Below are positions 50,576-63,515 of a stretch of 64,000 nt of DNA, in pieces. The notes under the pieces were generated by a model that ran no database searches, was not told the DNA's origin, and saw only the letters and a program-made list of their open reading frames with translations. Both the position numbers and the translations under genes were made by a program. The stretch's first letter is position 1. Every line of letters begins with the position of its first letter. Origin of the DNA: Takakia lepidozioides. Lineage: Eukaryota; Plantae; Bryophyta. The stretch spans positions 60,078,001 to 60,142,000 of the forward strand of contig CM060731.1 in NCBI GenBank assembly GCA_030704615.1, given 5' to 3'.

Positions 50576-51347
50576 AGCGAGAGAGAAGTATCGGGCAAAA
50601 CTTACTAGCAACGTTAGCAACTTAGCATGCCGTAGTTTTGCAGATTTAGAATTGCCTTGTATATGTTTGGAATTTGGGGCATTGATTGTGAGCGGCAGCG
50701 CTGAGCGTCATGTGAAAATTCTGATGGGAAATGATCGGGTTGGGTACGGGCGTCCAATCCCGCACGATGCAATCAGTCGTTGCAAATTATTACACATCCA
50801 TCGAGATGGGATAAAAGTGCGATGGCGACGGGACGAGATGGGACCCAACACACTTTGGTAGGACCGAATGAAGAGCGCCCCACCCGTCGTCCGCAGGAGA
50901 TTCCCGCCGGGGTGAATGCACACTGAGGGACGGCCCGAGGGGCACACAATTCAGTGGATTCCATTGAAATTCAATCCTTCCTTGTCTGCGCCATAGAATG
51001 CAGGGCTCTAACTTGATGGAGGTAGGTAACATGCCCAGAATGCCACGGATCCAAACCTCGTAAGTAGTGAGTTGTCAAATGCTCCCTAATACACCACAGA
51101 GATGAAGATCTCACGGTTTGTGACCAGCCAACAACACCGCATCGTTTTTACGTGTGGGAGTCAACAGTTGCAGCTCCGCAAGTTGTCGTGATGCAAGGCG
51201 AGGGCGATGAGAGGATATAAGATACAACATCAATATTCCACCTCCACTCTCACCTGCTCACAGCTCCACGGATGGCACTCACGTCAAGACTGAACCCTCT
51301 TCATCGTACTGCCCGCGTGCATTCTAGAGTGGCCCCAGGACTGCAGA

Positions 51348-52464
51348 ATGGTTCCCCAGCTCCAGCGCCCGTCTGAACATCTACCCACGAACGATGAGAC
51401 CCAGCCTCCACCTCTCGTCCCTTCCATGGCCATCACAGGCCTCCCACCTCTTCGGCAGAGCAAGTTTCACGTTGAAGTCGAGAAACGCCTCTTGAAAATT
51501 CCAGAGCACCGCAAGATCAACTCGTATGATCCCTATTGTCGTCTTTCCAACTCATGTGCCAGCTTTTTCTACAGCGAAGTCGTCAGTTATGATCGTTTGG
51601 TAGCCATCTCTACGATATACACCCTCCTGTGGATCCTGGATGACCTTTTGTTTGATATTCCAAGCGACTTGCTCCTCCAGGAGTATGGCATCGATCGCAG
51701 CAGCAGAATTCATGAGAGCCCTCACAAAATCGGAGAGTTCCTCAACAACTTGAACCTCCTCTTACGGAACCAAGAGCCTCCGCGCGATCCCATCAAAGAT
51801 CGAGGCGATGTGGTGGAAAGCGGGTCAGGAATTGCGACGCTTGTCCAACCCGCAATGGTTCGATACTTTTGCAGACTCTGTCATGATGCACCACAGATGG
51901 TGCGTTTCCCGCCAAGCCGACATTGCAAGCGACCGCTCCGCCAGCTTATATGTGCAAGACTTGGAGTCTTTCACCAAAATGCGCGCCTGGAACGCTGGAT
52001 CCTTGTTTATGGTGAATCTCGTGGAGTTTGCCAAGGACGCCTTTCTTCCAAACGAGGTGCGCGAGCAACCCGTCATCCAACAGATGACCAACGCGGCCGG
52101 CGTTCATTGCGCTTTCGTTAACGATATTTTCTCCTACGACTGTGAGGTGAAGGAAAAGAATCCGCGCAATATAATCATGGTGTTGATGGAACGTGAAGAC
52201 ATACCGCTACCCCAAGCTGTGTGGAAAACCGTGGAGTTGGTGAACCGTTGGGCTCGCATCTTCCTGGAGCTGGAGACGCAGTTGGGCGTGTGGGATGCGG
52301 AACCTTGGGCCGATTCTCTGCGCCGCTATGTGGAAGGTATGAAGGAGTTTGTGGCTGGCAGTCTTTACTGGCACAGCCTGCATAAGCGCTATCGGAATCC
52401 TGACTCAGTTTTCCCAGAGCTCAGGGTCATCACCAATGTCCATCACGAACTACAAGACATTTAG
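51348..52464 (+). pseudogene. Microbial terpene synthase-like (MTPSL, class I), intronless, with a +1 frameshift at ~51790
   Basis: LWILDDLLFD (Asp-rich motif) in ORF 51348. KMRAWNAG, VNDIFSYDCE (NSE/DTE) and WHSLHKRY (WxxxxxRY) in ORF 51808. Removing one C from GATCCCATC restores DPSKIEAMWW. TATA-like TATAAG at ~51216. Confidence 0.85.
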
Positions 52465-53350
52465 AACCTGATCAGATGCAGTACCTGCGTCAACTGTACC
52501 CAACAATGCGTCACAACACTTCCAACGTTCAATAATTAGTACGGTTTCTCATGTATATACGTCCGCATGCTTGATCTGCAATAAGGAATTAATCTATATT
52601 TTCGTATGTAAAGTCTGTTGTAACAGTTGATTATAGCAAAGTTTAGGATTGGAACATACAGTTCTGCTGCTTTTGATCTGCCATCTCATGAAGATAGCGA
52701 AGAAGAAATGGGAGAAAGCAGAGAGGAGAAAATCGGGAGTTGAACTAGAAATGATCCAATTGAGCGGACCTGTTTTCGGAGCCCATGTAAAACTACGGTC
52801 ACGGTATCAAACAGGTGTCTTGAAAACTTTATATCTCTCAACGTAGGAATCCGAATGGCATCCGAAGTCTTTCTTTCACTCTCAGTTGTCCTAATCCTAC
52901 AGAAATGTGTCATTTTTCATGGGGTATCATTAATGGACAATAAACGGTAAGCACTTGAAAGTGCTGAAAATGCATCAGTGGTAAGCAGCTGTTATGAGGG
53001 AATGCACTGCAGGAGAGCTGCCATCCAGTAGAGGATGTATGAACAATCTAGATCTAGATCAAGATGTAGGTCTAATCTATAGATTCTGAAATTAAAATCT
53101 ATAAGGTGTACATTAGATCTGAAATTACACATACTCAGTGTTTCTTAATAGATACGTGCTGGAATTCCTAGGAGTAGCCTTGACCAAATTTAAAGTCTGC
53201 ACTGGATCATGGGAGCTTTGGTAATTGGCCTACCGAACACGTGGTCATTCAACTTAGCTGGGAAAGGTCAGGATTCTGCAGGAAATATCATCAATCTCAG
53301 AAGAATGTGAGGATGCGAAAAAAACAACTTTGTTTACAGGTCTGCATATA

Positions 53351-55578
53351 AAAATGGGGAGTCATTGAGGTGTGAAATTGAAATTAGCCTCACCTTTGAA
53401 CTCTGTGGGCATGTCAAGCAATGCAAATGCTGGCAGAAAAATGGACCACCCTCTGTCGAACTGAAGTGCGAAATTCCATGTGGAAAGGTGTTACCATGTG
53501 GCCATGCCTGCACATTGATGTGCTCAGAAGATTGCTCTGGCCACCAATGCAGACATTGTCTTGAGATAGAAAAGGAAAAAGCTAAAATCCAAAAAGCTAG
53601 AGCCTATAAGGCGATGATCGAGAAGCGAAGGGAACTGGCTTTGGAGATTCAGAGATTGGAGACACAAGGTGCATCTGGCACCCTCATCACGGAGCTCAGC
53701 CCAAACAATGACACTGCAAAAGATTACTACATGGTACGTTTCTGGGCCATACTTTGGTGAAAAAAGAGGTGCTGCAACAGGCCAATATTCAGAGGGGACC
53801 TTCAGGGCAATTTGTAGGTATGGAGAGTCCAAGGGTTTGTAGGGACTTGTCCCTAGAAATCAGCACAAAAAATTTGCAAAGCTTCTAGTGGGCTGGGATT
53901 TCAAGTCAGAGGATCGTTGATACTCTTTGCAGGCAAAGGACCGAACAGAAAGGTTTATTCAGCCCAATCATAATTTAATTCCAGTGGTCACAAAAGTGGA
54001 GAAGATTGAGAATGCAAAGCTGCAAAAGAAATTCTTGGAAGCGCAAAGAGATCTCATCAGCCCTGTGGAGGCTTCAGACTGGCTATTTCATGGCACAGAT
54101 GACAACGGAGTAACAGGGATTGTCGAGAACGGATTTCGCCTTCCAGCACTTAGTACATCCAATATGTTTGGGACAGTAAGGGATCTTTAAGGGATCTGTA
54201 AGGGATCTTCCATGAGAATTTACCAATTGGGGCTACACTTTTTGTTTGGCTGGGCTGGCTGCGCTTGGGCTAATATTGGTTGTTTATCAGTGGGGTTTAA
54301 CAAAACTACTCTCATTTTCAAGAACGTCATTGGACTGATTATTGTGCAGGGATGCTATTTTGCTACCGACTCCTCAAAAAGTGCCCAAAATCTCTACACA
54401 AAGGGCAGCAATAAACTGCTGCTCTGTGAAGTTCAGCTGGGCAAGACCTGGAGGTACTAATGGGCCGTCTCTCACCAGTGCTTCTGTTAAGCAAATTTCT
54501 CCTGCGATCATTCAACCAGCTGTGGTGTGTGCAGAATAAGTACCTGTCCATTGATCTTGGTATTGACATTGATAGATTGATGTGTATTTAGAGCTCTTAT
54601 GTGCAGGGTCACAAAAGCGAAATCAGACATGGACCATACGAATATTCGGAAAAATGGCTACGACTCCATATTCTCTGTCAGAGATAGCCGCGAAAGTGGG
54701 GGAACCCTGTTTGATGAATACGTAATCTATGACCCAAGGCAAGCCATTCCTCGCTACATTGTTCATTATAAGACTGCAGGTCTCGATGGCCCTCAGTTGC
54801 GAGGATTTGAAGTGTGCGCTGCGATACGAGCTCAACAAAATGCAACCAACATGTCTCGGACTTGCTTAACCCCGTCTCTAAGCTTCAAAGGGGATAATGC
54901 AGAAGAGTACCACTTTCGCATGGCCGAGTCCCAATTCTTCCGCATGTCTGGAACCGACAGTACAAAGTAAGTGAGCAACCGCCTTAAAGAGCTGGCACTT
55001 CAGTGTGATTTATTTTTCATCTCTGTACCATCTTCTACGGTTTATCCCAAATGTCACTTGACACAGCAGAAACCTGTGGTAAAGTCTATAAGCTCTATCA
55101 TGGGACAGTCCTTGCATAATCATTCATTGATTTTGTCCAGTGAAATTGCAACAAGACGCTACTGCATGCCACCTTGAACAGTCACTTTTCAAATTTGTGC
55201 AGGTGACAAAGGTGGAGTACATCTACAACAAGGCACTTGCGGAGAAGTATGAAACAAAGAAGAAAGAGTATGCAGCTGCCAAGAAGCCCTTAGAGGAGCA
55301 ATTTGTGTTTCACGGCACAAGCGCAGATAGTGTTGACAAGATTGCAAGGGAGGGCTTCAAGATTGGAGGTGAAGGAGTTGCAATGAAATGTGGAGCTATG
55401 TATGGACGAGGTGTATATACAGCTGTCAATCCTGACATATCTGTCGCCTACAGCAGAAATTCAAACATGATGCTGCTGTCTCTTGCTCTCCCAGGTAAAC
55501 CAGAGGAGGACTTTATTCTTGGGGGAGGTCCTGCCATCTTTGTGATAAAGAATGTCGACCAGTGCACTACTCCAAGTA
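53351..55578 (+). pseudogene. Second copy of the ZnF-PARP-PARP part of the ZNFX1-like gene, damaged
   Basis: Near-identical exons to 12233-14389. There is a 1-nt loss at ~54952 (GGAACC vs GGAAACC) and a ~19-nt deletion at ~55562 that removes LLPKYV. Confidence 0.88.
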
Positions 55579-56277
55579 GGAAGTCAAATGACCCTTGATG
55601 TTCAATAGAAAACTTCAACGTGTAATTGTTGTGACGAAAAGACCTGTATCTGAGCTCAAGTATTTGAAGATCTGGATTAAAGCCCACCTGCAAGGTTATA
55701 TTTGCCCAGTGTACCCATGGGTAGATCACACATGGCAGGTGTTACAATCCCAGGAAAAATCTGAGACCAAGTTGTTGCTCTGGTCATGATGGAAAAAGTA
55801 AAATAAATCTTGTCAGCTGCCCCTTGATCAGTCCTAATAATATGGCAAGCAGCATTTTTCTATCAAGTTCCAGAGTCAATGAAGAATCTCAGAAATAGAC
55901 TGGGCCTTCATCCAGAGATCCCATAGTGGAAGCCCTATATGTGGAGCCTCAATGGTTCTGGTCATATGATGAAGTCCCTATTCCAAGGAAAGATAAGGTC
56001 TTTCAAAATTGACATTAATCTCTCCTAAGGGCCATACATAATATTTGATCAGGTCTCCGCACATTTTGAGTGCGTGCCTATCCTCTCTTTACTATGAGCA
56101 CATTCAAACAGAACATCCATTCAACATAGCATCAAAGCCCAACATGAATAATTTAACCAACCCACATGCAATTTGAAGGAACCTCTGCACTCACCAGATA
56201 TAATGATTCAGTCATACCTAGGATAACTTTATTAGGGACAATTCTGAAATCCAAGATCTGTATGTCCGAATCATAAA

Positions 56278-58613
56278 GGCTCAGATGAGACCAACAACAA
56301 CTTAGTCCTTGAGTGCCCACATTTCTTGAAGAGAAAATTAACTGGTTCTTGACACAGTGAATGGTCACCTGAATGACAAGTACTCGTACAGTAGTGACCG
56401 CAGTTCAGTAGTGCCCTGCAAGGCTTCTTGCACACTTGGGATGGGAGAAACACTTTTGCATCCAAGCAGCAAAGTGCATAGGGAGGCTCATTTGGATGCC
56501 GTGGACAGCAAAGCCAAATGGAGCTGTCCAAGCACTTCTCAGATGCAAAATATTCTATCAAGGTCCTCCAATGAGATGATTTCTTTACGTGACTGCCACA
56601 GATGTAGACCCCACTTCGGGCCCTAGATACCAACACAGAGGCGATTGCGCATTGAGAGATGTCCAATTCTCCCCTCCAAGTTTGATCGGACAAGAGAAAC
56701 TATCACAACAAAGTTTTCTGCCCCCTGTACAACATTCGGTAGTAAGTACGTTGGAAGTGTGTTGATTCCTGCTCTGCTTCTGTTGTCCTCTTTTTCGTTG
56801 TGTGAGACAAGGAGCAGGTGCCCCCAAACAAAGTGCATAAACCAGAAACCTAGATACCCTTGCTGTCTCTGGTGCTATACTTCAGATTTGAATAGCAATT
56901 CAGAGGTTCTACTCTGTTGTTCTTCTGAGACGTATCAAAAATGTCTTGTTCTTTCCATTTTTCACTTTTCTGCTGCGTCCAAATCAGGCAGAAATCTTTG
57001 AAGTCTGATTTGGATCTTCCTTTTGGTCCCATTTTCCCTCCTTAATTTTCGCTACATTCAAATCAAGCATGGGTTTATGGCCACAAGCTGTCTTAATGTG
57101 AGTATATTACTCATATGCAGCAGTTGAAGAAAAGGATTGAATTAAATTCCTAACAAAGAACTTTGACTTCAAGCATCTCTGGAAACTCCGTCAACATTTT
57201 CCGAATCAACGTAACCTGGCCACCCAGAGTTGAAAATTCTTTGGATAGTAACTTGCATCTCCAGTAACCTGGAGAAGGACAAGCAGAAATTTTTCTCCAG
57301 AAGACATAAGCAAATAACCTTGCAGGAAAGTAGGATCCAGCAGATTATCAAGTTTCCCCATGACTAAGGCTAACCATGGCAGCTTACCTGGCCGTTATAA
57401 GCAGCAAGAACTGTCACATCCTGGGCTTTCGGTCCTTCAGAAACTAGCCAGCGGACCAGTGCAACAACCATATCTGCCTCCCCATTGTTCAAGTAGCTAC
57501 GTAGGGTTGTTTCTTCATGTGTGTGGGACCAGAAATGCATGGGGCTCCTCATACAGTCAGGAGCTTTATTTCTTGGTCCAGACACCAATATTGAATGAGA
57601 GCGAAGGGTGGGGTACATCGGGAGAAGAATTGGAACAAATTCTTCGCGCATTCGGCACTGCAGATTTAGTGCCTGAAATGGAAGCTGATTGTGCTCCACC
57701 AAACGCTCAAACATGGAAACTCCAAAACCATGCCTGATCCATGATAACCAGAGGATGTAATCAGTGCCTTCGAAGTAGGTGAATAGATCATCTTATGCAA
57801 ACACAAGCTTACTACATGTTATTCTCAGTGTGATCAATGTCATGAACTGCAACCTTGCACCCTTGTTCGATCAGCTCATCCCACAATGAATGACTGTTTC
57901 ACTATCGTTGTTCGGAACTATCTACTCCATTCGATATCCCTTACACACATCTTGCGTTCAGAATCTATGCACTTGAGCAGGTAGCCCAGTGGTTGGGTAT
58001 TTGTGGTCTGTGCATAACCCCTAGGTGATCCCGGGTTCAGTCCTTCAACATGTGCCTTCAGACCGTCCATTGGGCCCTCGATGGCCTGTGTGTTGAGCAG
58101 TAGCCTCTGTAAATTCACTGGACGTTAAAGAAACTTTATCTTTATCTGTGAGAGTGACCAAGTCTTCTTGGTCCGGTCTGTGGTTCAATAATTTCTTCCT
58201 CTGCAGGTCTTGGTACATTCCCCAGGTTGCTTGAGTAGATATGAAATTCCTACAAAGGAGAGTTGCAAAGATGGGGAAAATCTGCAGAGTCAAATCAACA
58301 AAAGTCAGGTTGATGGTTTATAAACCCACCAGCGTTCCAGGTCATAACTCTCAACCGATGGGCGGAGTTGGAGATGATCACCGATCAAAATCAGATGCTG
58401 GAGATCTGCACCCATGCAGCGAGCAATTGTGGCTCGAGGATCTCAACTGCCTCTTCAACCATGATTACAGCTGGTGCGAGAATCTGCAACACATCTTGAT
58501 GCATTGTAGCTCCCTGGCAATTTTAAACAACATGATGGTAGTATTACATGCAATAAAGACACATATCTTCAAAAGAAGGAGGACAGAAATTATAGATGTA
58601 ACGTCCGCAGGGA
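56278..58613 (-). pseudogene. Inverted, relocated helicase core (motifs II-VI and first Zn fingers) of the second ZNFX1-like copy
   Basis: Minus-strand ORFs 57370..57714 (MFERLVEHNQL..AAYNGQ) and 56271..56838 (VSLVRSN..SRARSGVYICG..CGH), with several small deletions relative to copy 1. Confidence 0.9.
57970..58145 (+). mobile_element. tRNA-derived SINE-like element in an intron of the duplicated helicase segment
   Basis: A box TAGCCCAGTGG (57982-57992) and B-box-like GGTTCAGTCC (58034-58043). Absent from the matching position of copy 1 (~10445). Confidence 0.7.
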
Positions 58614-58957
58614 GTATTGACCAGCAAATGTAAAATTCATGGAGTCTTTTCAGAACAGAACTAATCTCATTGAAATCTTACTAGAAGCAGCAAGGATTAC
58701 CAGCAGAATTCACTACGATAACTCAAGAGTTATTGAGGGCAAAATCTCGCAATCAACCTTGCCGTTGAACAAGTGTCTTTGTGTAACGTTAGCTTTCAAT
58801 TTAAGGATGAATGCCTCACAATCTGTGTCCGGCCCCGCTCCCCCTTCCTCACTTGTTTGCTCCCTTTAGATCACCAACATCATCTACGACGCAAGCTCCA
58901 GCACATGTTCCACACTCTGTTAGTCCACGATAGGTAGAATGCAACGACAGTAAACCT

Positions 58958-60375
58958 CTTCATGTCATTTGAGGGGGCCATTTCAGGATCGTCGATTGGC
59001 CGGTTTCCCTCTACATAGGATGCATCAGTGCCCACATGATGCACTTAGAGATCCTCCATGGCTTGCACATCCTCCAGTTAATTCCATGCTCATTGTTGTT
59101 GTCACTGTCTCTGCCACCGTCATCATAGTCCATCATCGTCCGGTACCGTGGGGGCGGCGTCTCGTCCACGGCTCCTGTATGTACTTGGGTTGTTTTCGGA
59201 TGGGGTGCCAAGAGAAAGGACCGGGAAGGGATGAACAAAGTCCTGATACGAACAAATGAACATAGGGACATATATTATAATGTGTCGTTGCAACCATATA
59301 ACTCATTGGCGAGAACTCCCTTGTACGAAGGGGCAAAAGTGAGTCGATTTTCAATAATCTTACTTTTGCTCAATCTTCAAATTCGATTTGGCATAAGTAA
59401 TGTTGGGATGTCTACCATAATGCGAATTATTGCAGACTATGTCCTTGCTCCACACTTGAAACCCAAGATGTCATGGTCGCGGAAAGAGGCGCGCGAAGTC
59501 TTGGACTCTGTGGGGATTGGCTATAAGATTTTTCATGCATGTCCATGAGATAAAACCCTATACTACGGAAATGATTCGTGTCTCACCAAGTGCCCAAAGT
59601 GCAAGAAAGACCGATATCGGGATGATGTCCAAGGGAAAAAAGTACCACACAAGGTATAAGCGTCATTCCCCTTCATATGGAAATTATTTTCTTGAATCTT
59701 CTCAATGCTTGTAAAGTGTATTCCATAAAGTTTAGGGTTTAGAGAGTAGTACTCGTGCAAGATCTGATTGTGGTTTTGGAAGGAGCGAGTGATGAGTGGA
59801 AGGAACGACGTTCGGTTTCGACCATTCACGCCCAAATGAGGGAGAGGCTGCATAAAGGGAAAAGTATAAGGGTGTTGTATTATGTGTGCTAATGAGATGA
59901 TTACATGTGGGGGACGTGGGATAATTCATCCTAGAAAATGCATTACTTTTTTATCATCCCGCGATTGAGGGCACAGTACCGAAGCCCTGAATTGACCATA
60001 CTCATGAGATGGCACGCCTCGCATCGGAGCCCCCGAGAAAGGTGTGCAGGTCACAAAATTCACAAGCATGGAGGCATATTGAAGAGATGCGGTCTTTTCT
60101 CTTAGAGGACCCGCGACATGTCCACCTCTCGACTTCTCCTCGGATGGGGTCAACCCATTCTCTGTCCAGTCATGTATTCATTCCACTTGGCCGGTGGCCA
60201 TGGTGAATTACAACATCCCTCCGTATCTTTCAATTAAAAAAGACCATATCATGTTGGTTGTCATTGAGCCATGTGAATATACTCATTTCATGTTTATTAT
60301 TGCCTTGGACTTTACATTAAACTTCTGATATCTGACGCAATTTGGATGCAAGATTGAGGAGTGACATAATCATGG
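58958..60375 (+). mobile_element. Degenerate CACTA/En-Spm (Tnp2 / Transposase_21) transposase fragment
   Basis: PLYEGAKVSRFSIILLLLNLQ..IGYKIFHACP*DKTLYYG..KCPKCKKDRY and SDGVNPFS..HSTWPVAMVNYNIPPYLSIKKDHIML. Stops are present. Absent from copy 1 at ~15440. Confidence 0.8.
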
Positions 60376-61120
60376 AATAAATGGAACAAATCAAGATTTT
60401 CCCTCAGCCCACACTGTAGAAGAAATTCGCTTTGGCAGAAATTCCTTGGTGATACTTGATGCAGAAAAAATGGCCTCGTTGCTCTTGCAGAAGCTGCTCA
60501 AGAAACTGCAGCATATGTCACTTCAATTTCCTCTCTGCCGAAAAGCAAGTCGGTTGAGTTCAGAAAATAGGATGACGATTACAGCAAACGACTGGCTAAA
60601 ATTTTTTCAGCCCGAAGATATCACAAACGGGATCAATGACACATCTTACGACAAAAGAGGGGATCAGAAGCGATTGCGGAGAACACAAGGGCCGCACACG
60701 AAGAGATGGTCTGCTGAACCGACCTCTGCTTCTCTTCCTTTGCGCAGATTCTGTGTAGAGGACCACCTTCGTGGAGATTCCTGCGACCACGGAACCTGGA
60801 TGAATATTTGCGTGCTTTGGACGATGACAGGGTGGAATCTGACGAATCCTGGATGATTAATCGCGTGCTTTGGACGGATGATAGGGTGGAGTCTGACGGA
60901 TGAACAATATATGGTTGTCCTGGCGATATGGGCCTGGAGTCTGGATGTTGAAGTCCGTGCGTTCAAGAGAATGTGGATGGATGTAGTCTTGCGACCTGCC
61001 CTAACCCTAACTTAGAGTCCGTTCTCGATGAGCGTGAGGTGCTAAGGAGGTGGACGAGGAAGGGGAGGGAGGGCAAAGAGCTTGAGGTTCAAGTCGAGTG
61101 GCTGCTGTAATAAGTTCAGC

Positions 61121-63474
61121 ATGAGCTCGCAGATGAGCCATGGCAAAGGGAAAAATGATTCCATGGCAGATACAAGCAGCTGTTGTCAGTCGAACTGGCG
61201 TAGCAGTACGTCTGCAACGGAGAATCTGTGTGGATGCCAAAGTAGCTCTGCAATCTCACGCAAGTCTACAGAGAAATCCAGTAATTTTGTAGAGGACGAA
61301 GGCGGGAGTTGGGGCTTTTCAGTAGACGATGGCAGTGACGTCACAGCACAGAGTTCCGAAGAGGCTTCCGGACTAAACCAGGCTAATGGAACAACATGCA
61401 CAGAAGGAGCCAACGGAAACGATGCATGTTCTCATGTGCACACCGAAACAGACGTCTTGCATGCTGTAACTGTAGGAGATTCTCCCCTTGTACTAAGCGA
61501 GGAGAGTCCTCGTGGAAAAATCTTGTTCGTATCAGAGACTGGCACTGCTAGAAGGCTTGCAGAGAGGCTAGTTCAACAGTTATTAGAGCACAATATTCCT
61601 GTAGATCTAGTGGACGCAGCTTCATATGAACCGGAAGATCTGTCCAAAGAAAGATTTGTAGTTTTGGTGGCCTCGACATGGGAGGGCGGCAAGGCCCCAC
61701 AAAATGCATCTTTCCTGGCACGTTGGCTAGAAGAGAGTTCCGAGGATTTTAGAGTTGGGTCAGGGCTACTTCACGAATGCAGATTTGCGGTGTTTGGAGT
61801 GGGAAGCCGAGCGTATGGCTCCACATTTAATGCTGTTGCCAGAGCATTTGACCGGCAGCTGGCAGCACTTGGTGGCATTCGGATCGTGCTGAGAGGAGAG
61901 GGTGATGAGGATGAGGGAACAGTAGACCAGGATTTTGACATTTGGACGACAATTTTGATCCAGAAGTTGCTGAGCCAAGTCACACATCTGTATGGTGTGG
62001 ACCGGCCCCTGGAAGCAGCCCTTGCAATAGACACAAATGGAATTTCTGAAGTTGATGTGGAGGCAGGTGCTACCTCATCTGTACAAAAAGCTGAGGAGAC
62101 CGAGAGCGACTCCGATGAGGCCGATAACATTGCCAACAAAGAGAGTGTTGATGGGGGCAGTTTGATAGACTTAGAAGATGTAGCTGGCCAGCTCAGCCCA
62201 TCACAGCCTTCTGAAAGAGGGAAGAGGAAAGGAGTCATGAAGAAGCAGTTGTTTAAAAGTCCACTTGTCTTCTCAGTAGATGCAACACACAATCTGTCTT
62301 CTAGTGATCGGAATAGGAGCGATGGTTTCAAGGTCATGGTGACACCAGTGCTTCGAGCTAGCTTAGAGAAGCAGGGGTACAAAATTATCGGTTCACACAG
62401 TGGAGTGAAGCTTTGCCGCTGGACAAAGTCGCAGCTGCGGGACGTGGGGGCTGCTACAAGCATTCTTTCTATGGGATTGAGAGTCATCGGTGCATGGAGA
62501 CAACTCCCAGCCTAGCATGTGCAAATAAGTGTGTTTTCTGTTGGCGCCACCACACCAACCCTGTTGGTAAATCATGGCGATGGCAGATGGATGACCCTGT
62601 GGATATTGTCAATGCTGCATTGGATCAGCACATGCGCATGATCAAGCAGATGAAGGGTGTTCCAGGAGTGAAACCAGAGCGCCTGGCTGAAGGTATGGCT
62701 CCAAGACATTGTGCACTCTCACTTGTGGGAGAACCAATTATGTACCCTGAGATCAATACTCTCGTCAAGGAACTCCACTCTCGCCAAATTTCTTCCTTCT
62801 TGGTGACCAACGCCCAGTTTCCAGAGCGCATCTTAGCACTCGAGCCTGTCACTCAGCTCTATGTGAGTGTGGATGCAGCAACCAAGGAGAAATTGAAGGC
62901 CATCGACCGGCCCTTGTTCTCCGACTTCTGGGAGCGATTCACTGATTCTTTGAGTGCCCTGCGGGACAAGAGGCAGCGAACTGTGTACAGGCTGACACTG
63001 GTGAAAGGCTGGAATACTGCAGAAGTACAGGCTTATGCAGAACTTTTGGAATTAGGCCAACCTGATTTTATCGAAATTAAGGGGGTGACCTACTGTGGCT
63101 CCACTGCGACATCCTCATTGACAATGGAGAATGTGCCATGGCATAGTGATGTGAAGGCATTTGCAGAGGCCTTGGTGATGGAGAGGGGCGGGGCTGAGTA
63201 TGAGCTTGCGTGCGAGCACACGCACTCCTGCTGTGTCCTGCTGGCCAAGACAGCCAAGTTCAAACTGGAAGGGCAGTGGTACACTTGGATTGACTACGAG
63301 AAATTTCATTCTCTGGTTGCCTCACAGAAGCCCTTCGGTAGTGAAGAGTACAGGGCCCCCACGCCTGCTTGGGCAGTGTATGGAGCAGCTGAAGGTGGGT
63401 TTGACCCCAAAGAAACGCGAGTGAAGAAGGAGAGAAAGCATGGGACCTCGGCTGATGTTGGCGGATGCACTTGA
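61121..63474 (+). pseudogene. TYW1: TYW1 duplicate with a 1-nt frameshift
   Basis: Near-identical to 17485-19839. CTGCGGGACGT at ~62438 versus CTGCGGGGACGT splits it into ORFs 61082..62515 and 62413..63474. Confidence 0.88.
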
Positions 63475-63515
63475 GGAGGCCACTGCTCTACTTGGCAAGT
63501 GTATAAAGAGAGAGA

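Noticed and set aside
62430-62445. Programmed frameshifting in TYW1 copy 2 or the MTPSL
   Set aside because: These are single-base homopolymer indels without slippery heptamers, and copy 1 of TYW1 is intact. Mutation or sequencing error is simpler.
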